A DNA stretch of 64,000 bases from Iphione sp. A-MEVVRFRX5 (lineage: Eukaryota): NCBI GenBank assembly GCA_976226885.1, contig OZ320314.1, forward strand, positions 116,498,001-116,562,000, given 5' to 3'. The position numbers and the translations under genes are program-made. Below, in pieces: positions 34,329-49,726 of the stretch (position 1 is its first letter; each line of letters opens with the position of its first letter). Below the pieces are notes generated by a model. The model was given only the letters and a program-made list of their open reading frames with translations. It searched no databases and was not told the DNA's origin.

Positions 34329-37300
34329 TAAGTCACACAGCACAGGGGAGACCAAACGAGGAGAGAGACCATGCAAGATTTCGAGGACCAAATCGTTCAT
34401 TTCTTTTTTTTTGTAAACTATGTCTAATGAGACCAAGCTGTGAGAGAGAGACCAAGATCGGCCCGTCCCAAACCTTGGTCTCTTACACAGGTTCCAAGTG
34501 TAGTTGATATTTCAAAATAGCAGAGCAATCCATAACCCAAAGCGTAGCAGATAACATTCATGTACATCTTAAGATTATCGTCTAAATTGGGTTTCAGAAC
34601 AGGTCCTAGATTTACGTGTTTAATTATCCGCATTCACTGTGGATTGTACTTATCCTCGCGTTAAGATTGCTACATGTACATGATAGATTCTATTCTTACA
34701 TAGTTCATTTGTGAACTTGGAAATTAATAAAGACAAGATGACAATTTTTATAAGAATCGTAGAAACATGTACTCAACCGAACATGTTATTAGAATCCACA
34801 AGAGAGAGAGGACAGTTGCAACGCTGTAGTGGTACCTGTCTTTATCTTATTAAATCGCACAGATATTTTCCATTAAATTTCTAATATACACATCTAAACA
34901 GTGTTTGATTATATAGATCTAAACAATCCAGGTTATCAGGCGGGTAGAAATCTTAAAAAGAAGTTTCTGATAGGCGTTCCCTTCCGTTTTCTTGTTGTGC
35001 CTAGGATACCATTCAATAGACCCTTCCCAGCAATCAGTCTAGGTGTTGTTTGCTCAGAATCCAAGGAGGAGCTCGACCTGATAAGAAATGACTTCAAACC
35101 GCCCCCCTTCCCCCTACATGTCAACCCTACATAGACGTAGAAAGGTCAGCAGATGCTCTTGTGGGATACCATCCGTCAAGTGGGCAGGTCCTCCATGGGT
35201 TTTCGAGCAGGTGCGATAGGGGCAGAGGGAGACAGCTGCCACCAATAAGATACTGTCTCACACTAACAAACACGTGAGCAGCTATATGAACGTCATAGCT
35301 TTAGTGATTGTACCTTTTTCGCAGTGTTACAGTGTGTTTATGTATTTGTTCATGTTCCAGTAGGTGCAACCGTCTGTATCATTATGGCACTACATGTGTG
35401 AACTTCGGAGCATCTTTTACATGTACTCAGGTAGGAATTTGTGAAATGACTTCTAGTTGATATGCACACTATCATGCTGCAAATTATTTTCGAAATTACA
35501 CCATCTTAATTACCCAAAACATGAGGTAGCTATATCAGATATCAGTTTTTTTTTCATTGGAGAAGGTATCTAAGAAATGAATCCAGGTGAGACGTATAGT
35601 ATGAGCGTGGCGCAGCATTAATACCTGAGTGCGTGGCATTGTTTGCATTTCTCTTTCTTATTCTTATATTTAATAAAACGTGGATGATTACTGGCAGTGT
35701 TGCTTTAGCTATGATCGTCGCTTTACATACTGTTTATGATGCCTGGAAATCCCACTGTTATCAAGGGTTTATATGGTCAGGGGCACTGAATGAGCAATAT
35801 CTTGCCCGTGCTGAACTAAAACGGAAGTCTACCATTTAAATGGCAAGCCCGAACAGCCAGTCACAGATATGGGATTTAAGGATCGTTGGATGGATGAAGG
35901 AAAAGGTTGGCTCGTTTCATCGACCATGTGTATCCTGATCAGGCAACACTACATCTGCATCGATGCAGCCTTCATCGCTGTAGGAAAACCAGACATCTCC
36001 GGGTTGGCGCATCAGTGACACAGACACAGATGTACTGTACATATGTATGGAAACAAGGGTTATCGTTTACCTATGTCCGTCTGCCAATGCATTGCTTCCG
36101 CAACGGACGCCTCTAGGTGTACGTCAAATGGCTGTATAATCGTATCGAAATGCTCATGGTAAACTTGTCTCTAACACACTGTCATCTGTACATCAGAAAG
36201 TAGCTGCAACAATACACCTTCTCCTAGCTCCTTCCTCGAGAGTTCAGTTGTCTACCTCCGGCTAATATGATTAGATATAAAAAGAAGATTATACATTGAC
36301 ACCTGGACTAAGTAATGCTAAATTAAATGCACTTATGGCTTCAACCTTCATCTTCGTTCCTGCAGTCAGAAATCTTTGTATAAAGCAAAATAAGATTATG
36401 ATCATGATAACAGAGTTGAAGAGTATGGACGTTATATGTACATGTTTGGAACAAATTTAGCTAAACAGGTATTACTTATAGATATAACTGTATTTATTTA
36501 ATATTTCTATCATTTATGTGGACCATGCAGGTCGTTATTTTTATTCTGCTTTCGTTATTTTTATTTCCCTCTCCACTGTCACGCGCCTGATGCAGATCAC
36601 AAGGAAAACAGGAGAGGTGCTCTTGGAAACAGGGCAATTGAATGGCAAATATCCACATCATGAATCGTATTTCACGGATGGGCGATCCTTTTTGAAGAGA
36701 GAAGAGCTCCTCATTAACAAATGTATGTGTGTGTGTCAGTGTGTGTGTAGGTGTGTGTGTGGGGGGGGGGGGCGCGTGTGTGCTGGCGGACGGAAAAGGT
36801 GAAAGACCAATTAGGTTGGGAAAAAATAAAGGTTTTTATTCAACGCAAGTACACATTTTGCCGTTGAAAAGATCTTGTTATACTGGAAGTGTTTATTACG
36901 CGGATGCACAGAACATGAGGTACAGGTATATATATTGTAACTAAACCTTTTTATGACTAAATAAAATCAACATATAGTACTTCTCTGCAGCAAGCAGGAA
37001 ATATTCCATGTCTTACCCTTGAGATGAACAAAACGCTTCGCCAATAGGCCACTGATGGAAATTTACCATCAAATAACTGTACATGTACTTAAAATCAGAC
37101 CTAACAAAAACCTAACCAGATGAACGGACGTGATGCAAAAAGGGTCAGTGGTTTCCAGCTACTGGGGAAAACCACAGGTGAAAAGCCGGACTGAAATCAT
37201 CACGTAGAGGGTGTCATACAGCAGGTTCGTAGATGGGGGCTTGATGCTTGCCAAACTAGTGAAATAACCGCCGTCCTTCCGTGAATGGATGACAATGTTT

Positions 37301-40300
37301 AAGATACTCCTGTAGCCTATTTTTGAGTGTGGTCTTTCCATTTTCATGGGCAGGAGTAAGATGTCGTAGGATGCACTATGGAGGGAATTGAATAAAATCA
37401 TGAAACTGGCCCCTTGTGGGGACTACATGGATGGCAATGTCCTCTGCTACCTTCAGGTGTGAAGCTCGTATAAACACATTGCAGGCTAGGGGGGAGACTT
37501 TCAACTGGTATTGCTAATCCACAGCCTGCTGCAATCAGGCAAGTGTGAATGCTCAGTCAGCAAAAACACAGACATGATTGAGTCTAAGAAGCCAACTGCA
37601 AGTCAAACATCCAAAGGCAAGTATCTATCAGAGTAGCTTCTGGTTTCAGGGGGTGAACAAATGAAACTTGCTAAACAAAAATAAGCAACAAGCACTTTCT
37701 GACCACCCAAGATTTGTCCAGTATGGTGGGAAGACTGTAAGCAAAGATGTATGTCCACCGCACTATGTGATTTGATGTCTCGTACGTGTTCTTCCATGGG
37801 AAGCTCTCAAGTTGCAATTCTTGACTGTATACAAAAGGAAGCGAAATAGAAGCTCTTGAAAATTTAGAATCTTGACACTCGATTTTTGTCGCTGTTATAC
37901 ATGCACTATGATACAAGAGTTGCAATCTGTATCATTATTAATACACTCAGATAACACATGACCATAGTTTTATCGAGGGATTTCATTATGTGCATGCCCA
38001 TACATACATCTATTCTCCACCTAGATGAGAGGCAGGTCCCTCCTGGAGACGTGTCGCTGAGGTGGATTTCTGCGTCATCTATTATTCTGGGGGTTCTGTC
38101 ATCATCTCCAACAGATACGACTACTTTCCTGCTTGATTATGAGACCGTCTGAATTCTCTGATCTCATATGTGCTGTTGTGATTTGCTGTGCTGTAAATAC
38201 ACGGCCGAATCGAACCAATCCCGGCAACATCTTAGTTGATCTAGAGATCTTTGCCCGCAAATTAATGCTTTCAATACTATTACTGCCTGAGGGAGTAGAG
38301 ACAGATGGGGCACCTATTTTGGTGATGCAGTATTGTATATTTCAATTCACCATGAATCATTATTTGCCCCCTAAATTAGGCATTAGGCGTTATGAAACAA
38401 TTACTGGTGAAGCATTAACAAAGAATAAATATTTGGTGAACTGTTAAATGCTTTAATTCTTCGTGAAACTTTATTGAGTACTCCCTGATTCCCCATGTGT
38501 AGAAATAACATGTTTTCCTTCGTGAATATTGGGATGGATCTATCAGTGAGGTGAATCACAATGATTTATCGAGGGCAACCCTAAATAATTTCTCATTTTG
38601 GATGGCACCCCTAGATATTTTCTCATTTTGGATTAAAGACTAAAGTATCCCATATTGTGGCATGCACAGAAGTGATTTTCTGTATTTTATACTAAATTTC
38701 TCTAATGGCTGATTTCGTCATCTTAAAAAATTCTGTTGTAGGATGGTAAACCAGAAGTAATCCGGTACATGGAGTTTCACTTGAACTCCGAGGCCAAGTT
38801 CGCCTTGTGAAATATAAATGTTGTGTTATCTAATATGTGCCTACGACTTCAGGACTATGTCCATTTCTAGGGAGGATACTCAGCTTATTAGATATGGATT
38901 TTGCATGGGTTTGGTCTGTACCAGTATAGCATCATATCAGTATATGACAGTACGCACTAATATGAAGAAAAGAAATGTCGCTGACAACGGGAGTGAAAAT
39001 GTTGCACACTACTGACTTAAAGGTCACATGTTTAGTATGAGGCCTATTAAAAAGAGGAATCTGAGTTTCCAGTAACGAAACCGACCCTGATATGTTCCCT
39101 GTTGGAACATCGTTTTAAATAATTATTTGCAAATATCTCGAAAGTGAATAAAGCTACGCATACATACAATACACCACTTTGCTGCATAGATCATTAGCTT
39201 ACACGTGATATAGATTTACCAAGCAACAGGAGTGATAGTTTCAAGCTTAAAATACTGTCTGACCTTTCCACGGTGATATATATCTCTGTAAAACGAAGAT
39301 CACCAAAGAACTTGCAAACAACATAATTTCTTACATTCATGAATTCGCATCCATCGTTAATAGCACAAGTAGCATGTGGTCAGAATTCACTCATATTTAA
39401 ATCAAACTTGATATTCACATTATAGACTGTTTCATTGCTATAGCTCCACACAATTACATTGTACAATTATCTGGACTTCTCACCTAGTTTTATTTAAACA
39501 TACAGGGACTTAACCATAATGTTACTGCCGTTACATATTCTTATTCAATATCTACCTTTTATCATAGTTATTCTCATTTGATATGAATTTCTGATTCGCT
39601 GTTGGATAAATGCAGCTGAGAAAGACTTGACTTGTTCTGAATATAAGAAATTTATCAAATAAAATAAAAAGGTTTCATTTATCCTCGATGCACTTGCAAA
39701 TGCAACATTCATGTACGTTGGCTCTTAAGTACAGCTGGCTGATTGTCATACCATGTAATAACATCAAAATAGTGCAATAATAATCGCAATACCTGGTCAG
39801 GTGGTCAACCTATTTCTGCAACTATCCCAAGCTATCCTTCCGAGATAGCGTTCAAAAATCTTAACTTTTACATATGATGTTATATAATATATGCAAGATT
39901 TACATGGAGTTGAGAACAAATGTTCACTCCTTCACTACATCCAGTGTAGTTTTGCTGCGTTCAGTCACCATCGATTCGGCATGTGGAGCTGTAACCCTAG
40001 GCACAACATAGTGCCACTTTTGTGTTATATTTCATGTCATTCTACATTTTACTGCATGTATTCATAACAAGGATCAAACAAACCCAGGGTATTCATAAAA
40101 TTATTAATGCAAAAGACATAACACTTGACATTCACATGTACCTAATGACTCTAGCAGATATATCATTTTACATAAACAAAATATATAATAAGCATTAAAG
40201 AAAGAACAGTTGAATATTCTAGACTAGGACATTCATGTATTTTGCAACCTGGATTTCACTTTCTATTTCATTTGACTTCAGTATAAACTTCTCCTCATTC

Positions 40301-41173
40301 GGTAGGAGTCATATTATATATATATATAATTATATATATATACCCTCGCCAATCTCGACGCGCCCACCTTCATAGCAACGTAATAATCATTTTCAATTAG
40401 TTCGATGACTCTTATTGCATTTCAATTTCCTTCTCATCTTCGCAGCAGGGGTCATCAGCAGGTGCGATATTGGACATGAGATGATGATGCTATCCCCCCC
40501 TCCCCCCAACCTCGCTCCTTATGTAGGTTTCACACGCACGTACACGTTTACTTTTTACGCCCAAGGGCGAGTTGTTTACGTACACCCCCACCCCCCATCG
40601 AGATGGGTGCTGAAATTGCTGTCTCTTGGATAAAGGATCACCAAGTAATAAGGTAAGCAACCATTCCCCATAAAGTAATAACATGTAATAACCCAGATAG
40701 TGAATCATCAAGATCTCAAACACTTTTTAATAACGTTCTGCCTTAGAAATGAGAAATGCCAACAGGCATTTGTACATTCAAATACATGTAGTTTCTTGCA
40801 CTGCACCAGAACCCTCCCCCCGTGATGATATTTCTTCCTTATTTCACTTTCCTATTGCCACTATGAATTGGACATGCAGACACCTGCCACATAGAAAGAC
40901 TATTTCCTTATTTTTAAAATATCTGTTCGTGCTCAATATCTTTCGTGCTTAAGGTATGTTGAAACCTGGGTCTGTTATACATGACGCAGCAGAGTAGTAA
41001 GTGAAAAGGACCTTAAATAAATGCAAAAGTCGTACCAGGAATAGTCGGGAATGGTAACTAAATACACAATAAGTGTTATCCTTAAGTAGAAAGGAATCAC
41101 ATACTAAGTTTTTCATAATGAAAAGAAATTGCTATTACGGAGGTGCTTTTCATTTAGCCCTCTGGAAGCAGGA

Positions 41174-41211
41174 ATTATTATTATTATTACTATTATTATT
41201 ATTATTATTAT
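41174..41211. repeat. (ATT)n microsatellite
   Basis: Directly visible. Confidence 0.9.
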
Positions 41212-42178
41212 TTCTAAGTTGAAAGGTGGGAGAAGGGTATTACTGTTCCAGGTGATAAATATGCCAGCACATAATGTAACAACAGTAGTTGAAAACGCCC
41301 TGTTCACCTAAAAATGTATGATTTCATAACTTATTTCTAGGCAGCACAAGTAAGTTATGAACAGGAATTGGTTCCCAGTTTTTAGTCAATGGCGTGTAAT
41401 CATTCAGGTCCACATAATATTACCTCACAGATACACGAGGTCACCTAAGGTCACTATACGTTCCTCACCGAAAGGGTTATGCTATCACTAAGCTTACCAC
41501 TAAAATAAACTCTATGTTCTAAATAGGATAAAGAACAAGGGGCTTAATTTCTGCATGTTTGATACTTCATAATACGATACGATAGAATGTCTTGGCACTG
41601 TTCGCAGTACATGTATATTATCCAAGTTATCATCTCTAGACGCTTCAGAGGACAAGTAGAAGTAGATATAGTAGAGAGGACAAGTAGTTCGAAGTTGATG
41701 CAGTTTTGCCTCTGGATCTCGGAATCACGGAGAGGAAATCCCCGACTGACGTCAAAACTCCGAGGTCGGGCTAGCCTCTCCAGGGAAGGCGGAGGGGGGG
41801 GGGGAGAGACCAAAGCATAAACACAGAGCAAGAAAGTGGGTCGCAGGGGGGCTGCCTGGCGGGCTACGAGCCATATATAGAGCGCCAGAAGAATTTTCGT
41901 GGGCCGTGGGTCAGAACGTCGGCGTGTGGGCGAAGGCGTACGCTAGCATGTGGCCTGATTTCTCCCGCTGAAGCTGCCTCTGCTGCCCCTGCTGCTGCTC
42001 ATCACTTTGAACAGTGGAGGACGGTGCAGTTGTGTGGAGAGAGAAAGAAAGAACTCGGCTGCTCTTCGCGTTTATTTAATCCCGAGGAGATCAATACTAC
42101 GAGTGCTACCAACACTGGGCACCATTTGGACGGAATCGACCTGTGTAGTATTCCTCGTCCTCAGCCGCCGCCGCCATC

Positions 42179-42440
42179 ATGAAGATCGGGCTCACCGTGC
42201 TGCTGTGTTTGGTCATTGTGCTGGTGATCGCTTCCATCCTCTGTCATGTCGTCGCTCTAGCCACGGACTACTGGCTCAAGTCGAGCTCGTCTGGCCAGAC
42301 GGACTTTCTCAACCTCGGCCTGTTCGTCGCCTGCTTCCACGAGTACGTGCACCCGCACGACAACCCACCTCGGACCTACGATGGCTGCCACTATCTCGAA
42401 TCCAACTACTACTCGACCATCAGGGACTGGCTGGTTCCAG
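42179..42440 (+). CDS. Claudin-like (PMP22/EMP/MP20/claudin superfamily; Sinuous/Kune/Megatrachea-like) coding exon 1
   Basis: MKIGLTVLLCLVIVLVIASILCHVVALATDYW..NLGLFVAC..YDGCHY..IRDWLVP. TM1, the W-LGL-C signature and the second loop Cys are present; donor G/GTAGGC. Confidence 0.9.
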
Positions 42441-43022
42441 GTAGGCTTTCAACATTACCTGAACCATATACCTCTCTAACCTGCTACACTGTAGAAGATA
42501 GCTTCATACATATATGTTGGCCTCCCCCCCCCTCTCCCGCGACGACGACGACCACCACCACCACCGCCACCGCGATAGCCATTGATATACCCCACGGTGA
42601 ATGGTGTATAGTCACTGCGAGCCGCCATACACAAACACCGTTACAAACAAACACACCCACACGCGTCTGAACACATCCCAAATGCTCCTTGCTAGGGGCC
42701 ATCTAGAAAAGTAGGTCGCAACGACCAAACAGCCGTGTGCGGTGTAGGATTCTGCTGCTGCTGGCCTTTCGTTGGTGCAGAGGGTTGAGTCATGACCACT
42801 AACATAGCTGTGGCCGTACCAATCTCGTTTTAAAAGTCGAGTCACATATTACATTCTTTACTTAAGCCCAAGGACGGTTAATCTGTCTGTTAAATCATGT
42901 CACTCCCCCCCCCCGCCCCCTACTCGCCCACAAGCATTTCCTTCAGGTTCCCAAAAGGACATTGCTCATCAGAAGGATTCTGATTCTGAATTTTTCGTAT
43001 CGTAGACGTCCACACATTGGTT

Positions 43023-43677
43023 CCCAGTAAACATGACTGTAATGGACCTGTGCCGGACCATTACAGTTTAGGGTAATGGCCCAGTACAGGATATCAGTAC
43101 TGGGCTGGTACAGATTTGCAAATTGGCTGTCCACCGGACTGGTACCGGCTATCCAGTACAGGCACAGTACCAGTCCAACCTTGGTCCAGTACAGGCCCAT
43201 TACAGTAATCCTTAGTGGGATTTCTCATCACAATTTATAAAGCCCCCTATTATCACCCACTACCATATCCCAAGAGTACCAGTATTTAACAACCATTCTT
43301 CAAATACATTCAAGTGAAAAATGCACTAGTAAATGTCCTAGTGAATAACTTGTTACTTATGTTCAATTTCACACAAACTTGGTGAGAAAGAAAACTATAT
43401 TTATCTGTAAAATGCCAATTCTATTGTCTTCCCTGCTACACCTCTCTGTTTTTGACTGTTGATTTTTAATTTTTAAATTTTTATCACTAGGTGGCAGGCA
43501 TACTACTAGACAAGAATGCCAATACCGGGCCAATACTGGGCCAGTACATCATTTAGATCATACAAAACACACAAAGTATTGGCTACTATTGGCTGGGTAA
43601 TGGTTTTTATATGCCATTGCAACCAATACCTAACTGTACAAAATTGGTATTGCACCTATACAGGCGTGTTTACTGGG
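43023..43677. mobile_element. CMC/EnSpm-like non-autonomous element in intron 1
   Basis: TIR CCCAGTAAACA / TGTTTACTGGG, TT on both sides, many internal CCAGTAC(T/A)GG subterminal repeats. Confidence 0.7.
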
Positions 43678-43789
43678 TTGGTACATTTTTTAGACAAGGT
43701 TGTTTTTAAGTGTTAAGATCATATTGAAATGTTCATGCATTGAGTAGGCAGTATTTTTTGTGCTCTCTTTTCGTCAAGTAAAGTGCACT

Positions 43790-43975
43790 CAGAACTCACA
43801 TAGGAGACCAACCTTTTTGCCTGGAGGATTTTGGTATCTCCCCAGGGTATATATGCCCTACAAGTTGATTAGGTAATGTGAACAGAAGTTTTAGTATTGG
43901 GGGATTTTGGATCGTTCCCAGATTGGTCTCCCCCGCATGAGTTAGACTTTTAAGAGGGTATCTGCTGTACTCAAT
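43790..43975 (+). repeat. Dispersed repeat; related copy at about 59278-59478
   Basis: Shared CTCA..TAGGAGAC..CCTT..CTGGAGGATTT..G and AAGAGGGT..CTGTACT segments. Confidence 0.6.
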
Positions 43976-44881
43976 GGGATGAGTACAGTAGAATCTCAGA
44001 ACTGGGGTCACTCTTTGTTCCCAATGAAAATGTCCTTATTTAGGGGGTGTTCCAACTTCTGGATAGTACCATGTACAGCCGAAATAAGCTCTTCCAGGCA
44101 AAATTGTCCCCATGCCAGTGATGCCCCCGTTCCACTGCACTTTCCCTCGCACATGGACAGTATCCCCCAATGAATAGATAATTAGCAACATCTGTTGTCA
44201 TTCCGAATTGAAAGAGATTAACAAAGAATACGAGTCTAAGTCAACAAGCGTACATAACTGAGAATTCACGACAAGCATACAATTTGGTGTGGGAACCAAT
44301 TTGTCCCCCATCCTCATCATAGGACAGTGACGCTGATACGTAGCCCATTGCCTAGAGCCAGACTTCGTCAATAATATTTCATATACAGTAATCAAACTTA
44401 AAGCCTCTGGTGTGGTCTTGTTTAGACCTGGTCCAAACAGAGCGCACCTGAAGGCCGAATTGCTGGTTTGCTATTTTTCTTCCCAGTCTGTTGGCCCTCT
44501 CCAAACCTCTCCACAAAAACTGCGTCGTTTTCTCTCGCTCCGTGTCCCACTCCTAGACTGTTTTTTGCAAAGAAACAGTAAGGCATTATGAATAACCAGA
44601 CATAGTCAAATAAATCACATTTCAAGAATTATGCTTTGTCCAAGCAGCATCAAACGATGTAGTCATAAAAATGTTCGCTTCAATAAATTTGTTATACATA
44701 TATAGTTTTATAAAACGATACATTTTGTAAGAGGGTTAGCCCTTTTTCTGGACAGTAACGCCCAAAGAAAATAGTATTTATTCCCTAAAGTACACTCCCT
44801 CTCCTCCGTCCATTTGCCCCTTTTCTTATGCAGGACTGGCCCTCTTCCCCTCTTCTTCCTCCTTGCTGTGTTTGTCTTACT

Positions 44882-45790
44882 TTGATTGAGATTGAGATTA
44901 TTTTATTCACATTCTCATAGGGCATAGCCCGAGTTGTTCACAGTGAATAGACAAAATGACAATTAAATAAAAAAATAAAAAATACATACAAACAGTGAAA
45001 TAATTCAGCTAAGGTATTTTGACAAACGCCATAAGAAGATTTTTGCTTCTCTTATTTACTTTAGTCATACTGGCAAGCTATTCCAGGCCTTCATTCCAAC
45101 ATATGAGAAGCTGGTTTTCATTAACATCCTTTGTGGTCTTCCTAACGATATACAAGTTGACGATCCTCATCTGGTCCTTCCCTTGACTGTTGTTGATAGA
45201 TCTCCTGTTAATAAAAGCCTATGAATAAGAGAGATCGTTCTCAATTTTGTTAATTGATCCAATGAGCTAATACCAAGTTTATTTTTAAGAGTAATAGATG
45301 AAACACTATTGCGTCATCCTGCTAACAAAACCTTCTTCAGAGCACTGTTAAACTCTAACTGCAGTTCTAGTCTAACCTTTTTTGTTGCTCCCTGAACAAA
45401 AATTAGCCCATAAAAACAATGGATAAACAAAAAAATTAAATACTTCAACCCTAGTTTTAAATAGTAACTGCCATGTAATTCTTGAAAGCTCATGACTTCT
45501 TGACCTTACTTTCTTCCTTATAGATTGGACATGGCCACACCAAGTTAGGCCACCATCTATTTGGTACCCCAAAAATGAGACCATGTCCATCTTTGCTAAT
45601 CTTTTCCCATAGACAAGTCCAGTTTAAATTTAGCATTTTTACCAAAGCCAATATAAACTGTTTTCCCTTCATTAATACAGAGACCATTCCTCCTTGTCCA
45701 GGCTTCAATATCTTTCAACCCTCTTCTCAATTTTAAATGTAACGCCATAACATTATGGCTTATCATTAACTTCGTACGTGGATTGACCAG
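44882..45790 (-). mobile_element. 5'-truncated CR1/L2-group LINE remnant
   Basis: RT C-terminal motifs DIEAWTRRNGLCINEGKT and FLGYQIDGGLTWCGHVQSIRKK, frameshifted; AATAAAATAATCTCAATCTCAATC-type tail at 44882-44910. Confidence 0.8.
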
Positions 45791-45829
45791 ACAATGGAAT
45801 TCCTGTACATACCCATGTCTAGGAGAGAG

Positions 45830-45839
45830 AGAGACAGAG

Positions 45840-45878
<39 letters not shown>

Positions 45879-45880
45879 GA
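45830..45880. repeat. (GA)/(GACA)n microsatellite
   Basis: Directly visible. Confidence 0.9.
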
Positions 45881-48689
45881 GTGGGGAGGTATATCACCAG
45901 CAGTTGGGATAGCACTAGTTACATAGATAAATGAATGAGGGCGCCGACCGGTTTTGAACGTCGCTGGTTTTGAAGAATAACAACAAACATACCAAAGGGC
46001 AGATGCACAGACAGACAAGTACGGAGGGTATCAAGGTGAGTTAAATGAATGGGCAGTGCTAAAAAATAACAAAGAACAATTCATGCCTTGCATGGTCGCA
46101 CACACGAATAACGATGGTAATGCAATGCAGATATGAAACAGTTGGAACGATTTATTCAGCAACCATTGTCATAGTGTTTCACGTGCCGCTCCACCTTATC
46201 ATGCATATCAATGAACATAAAATATGAATGATGCAAACTATGAATAGATGAGAGCACCGCAGTGTGGATATTAACCTGTTAAGGGACAGTGCAATGCAAC
46301 ACACACACAACTTTAAAGCACTGAAACGCAATGCAACGCAGATATCGAAGCCTGCCCTTTAAGTCCTTATGGGGGTCATATGAGAAGGTCGATACAGCCG
46401 GAAATTGTTGGCAGGCACAGAGGATAATGGTCCAAAGATTGGACGCAAAACCTCTTGATGCAAATATTACTGGAATGACACGTGGGAATGGATTTTTGAT
46501 CGTGCAAAAGTACTGTCAGTTGTATTACTGACCTTTTCTGTCTGTATACTCTCTATTCGAATTTCCGTGTCAGTGTTCTATCATTATTCTTTATAACGCA
46601 GAGGTAGCTCATTCAACGTAGTCTTCATATCGAAGATGTTAAATGACATCTTCACATCAGCTGCTACTCATACTTGCATAGTGAAATTTAATGAAAACCG
46701 AGTTGAAATTATTGATTTCATTTGACATTTTTGTGAAACAGGCGAGAAGTTGACCGCAAGTTTTCACTGTAGATTTGTTAACGTCTCCCCAGACACAATC
46801 TCGAAAGATGAGCCATATGCCGAAGGAGTGGTTAAAGGTAGCAATTATACAGAGGCTTGGTTTAATACGCTTAATCACTTAGAAAGGCGATGTTGATTGC
46901 CTGACTGAGTATAGAAGCACCATATGCAGTCTCCTTGCATACTCCTCTCAAGTAAGGTACTATTCACAGGTATCCAGAAGAAATACTATGCAAACACATT
47001 CTTGTTATCCATTCCTATGAAATTAACTAGCTCTTTCAAATGTATCGATAGCATAGCCAACCTATGCATATGGATAAGACAAGGTATTTTCCAAGCCTGC
47101 CTGCTAGGGGTTTTCTATGCATATGGATGCATATTTCATAGGAAAAGCAATAGTGAAATACATCTAGTTTCCATATGGAAGCAATAAGCATATGCAGTCC
47201 ACAAGGGGGTTAGCTATGGAGATGTATCCTTTACGATAACCTTTATAAGGACACATGTGAAACCCGCCTAAGGATCACGTGTGGAATAAGTGCATACAGA
47301 ATCTTTGTGCACACCAAGTCGTTTGGGAAGCCACATGTGTCGCTGCGCTGTAGAATAATTGTTCCCTCTTGGTTTGATAGCGAGCAGCCCATTACAGACT
47401 AATTGCACCTTGTGGGAAGGTCGACAGATGAAACGTCTACTTTGGTTTCACAGCTTTGATGCATTGCATGTCCCACAAATTAGATTATCTCTCAGGCTGT
47501 CCACAGAGATCGGACCATATGTGGTTCCTCAGGTTGTATTCAAGCGTGCAGTGAGTATGGTAATCCTATGATAAATACGTCTAGGCATTGTCATGGTATA
47601 TTTAAGGCTACAGGTGGACATAAAATGAAGTGGAGTAGCACATAGAAGATGGATGAAGAACAGGTTTATGTTCATGTATACAGTCAGACCTTGTTAACCG
47701 AACATGCTCCATTTCACATTTTAATGTCCGGATAATGAATTTTTCGGTTAATGAGGCAGAAAAGCATTGAAAAAGATATGTCGGCTCCTGAAATTTAGTT
47801 CACTTGATGCAGCATTTCAGATAACAAGGGTTCAGATAGCAAGGTTTGACTGTATATGTATACAGTTTGCTCAATTTGCATATGTTGTACATGAACTACA
47901 CAGTTTACATGCTTTTGGATCAGTCTCAAGATAGTTATGAGGGCCGGATTGTCAGGTTAGAGGAAAGTATCAAAGAGGGCAGGGAACCATGGCATTACAG
48001 TGGTCCCTCAGTAACCATTGATGACATAACCACGACAGTTCTCCGTAACCAACTGGGTTTTTAGCACCTGTTCGTTGAATTTTGGTTAAGATCTATTCCT
48101 ATAAATGAAAAGACTCATATATATATCTCATATATATATATATCTGACAGAATCATCAGGAACCAAAATATGTTGGTTAAGTGGGGACCACTGAATGTCC
48201 TTTCCATTAGTAGATATCACTTGATGCATGGAAAGGAGGGGGCGGCGAGGGAAGTGGCGGTTGGTTGCCTTGGTGGGAGGGTGTATAGTATGGTCAGCTA
48301 GCTGATCAGGAGGATGTAGCATGTCTGGCAGAGTGTGCTGGAGTAGGTACAAATGTCAGCAGGATGCCGGGAACGGTGCTAAAAAAAACTTCCTTGTGTT
48401 TGTGGTAGGAAAGCTAGGAAAGCTAGGAAAGCACGGCAGGATGCTACACCTTCACCATGCACAGCATCTGAAAGAAGGACAAAAGTAAGTCTCAGATGAT
48501 GTGCTGCAGTGTATATCAATTAAAAATCTCTGATCTGATGAACATATCAATCCATGTTGTTGAGGATGAGATGGTAAGGCTGCAGTATTGACTGAATATT
48601 GATACATGTACAATGGCTGATCGTGGATGCCAGCTATGGTCTGTTTTTTGTTTATTTGCCAGGAGACTATAACTTGGTGAGAAGGAGGG

Positions 48690-49050
48690 GATAAACCCCC
48701 CCCAAAAAAAAGAAGATAAGTGTCTTTCTGGTTACAGCCAACCAAAAGCCTAGGTAGGGAGGGTGGGGGTATCTTTTTTTAAAAGTTTGTTTTCACTTTC
48801 TTCCTCTGGTTTTCAATAATAATAAAGACCATATAAAGAATTTTGACCATTTTGCACAAGTTTTACAGTTTTTCGTTGAATTTCCATGGACTTAGTTGTT
48901 TTTCTACTGAATTTACAAAAAATATGTGCTGTGAAAAATGCAGCCTTGGTAACACTTTGGGGCCAATAAATGTTTAGGTAGGGTGAGGATTTACTAGGTA
49001 TGGGTGGTTGACCAGAAACATACCTTTTTTTGGGGGGTGGGGGGGGGGGG
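48690..49050 (+). mobile_element. MITE, same family as 51191-51534
   Basis: Collinear internal similarity (TTCCTCTGGTTTTCAATAATAATAAAG..TAGGTAGGGTGAGG..ACCAGAAACA). Confidence 0.75.
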
Positions 49051-49571
49051 CTAGTATGTGTCTCTACTAATCCCCTCCTCTCTGTCTGGCATCTGCTAAG
49101 TTCTACTCTGCAGTCCATAGCTGCATCATGGACCTTGTTCACTTCGGGGGTGGACCCTTGGTGTTTTAATCCTATATACCCGGTACATAACTGCGATTTG
49201 AACCAGAGCTTCATACAATGAACCGATCGCCACGCACATAAACAACGTCATTAATGATTGTTTGACACCCTAGGTCAAACTGCGATTACCCACATGCTGT
49301 TGGTACAGATAAAGAGTCACCTCAGACCAAATTGCCGGCTTTTATTGGTCTGATTTTTATTAATTATATATCAAATGAATGATAAGGATCCGGACGAAAA
49401 TGAGCTATAGAATGTCTCTCTAGGATCATTATGAAGGATTCTGTGGACATGTTAACTTTGTAAGGTTTGCCATAGAATCATGGTAAGAATACCGCGAGTC
49501 CGCGTATCACAGTAAACAGCGTCATTATGACGTAAAAAAGCGACCAGTCTGTTGGATGTCAGCTCCCCTTT

Positions 49572-49726
49572 CAGGCCCGTAGCCAAGGGGGTATCGGGGG
49601 TATCGGACGATACCCCCCAAAAATGTAATGCAAATAGGTTTTAATAGAACTGAAAAAAAAGTTCCACCTGTGTGGTATCGGGGGTATCGTCCGATACCCC
49701 CAGAAGACTTTCTGGCTACGGGCCTG
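49572..49726 (+). mobile_element. MITE with CAGGCCCGTAGCCA TIRs and 5-bp TSD (CCTTT)
   Basis: 14-bp TIRs; CCTTT on both sides; a 20-bp tandem duplication (TAGAACCGGCCTCTCGATAT x2) follows. Confidence 0.82.

Noticed and set aside
41747-41880. CRE (TGACGTCA) and TATA-like element upstream of the claudin-like gene
   Set aside because: Short motifs with unknown TSS; cannot be distinguished from chance.
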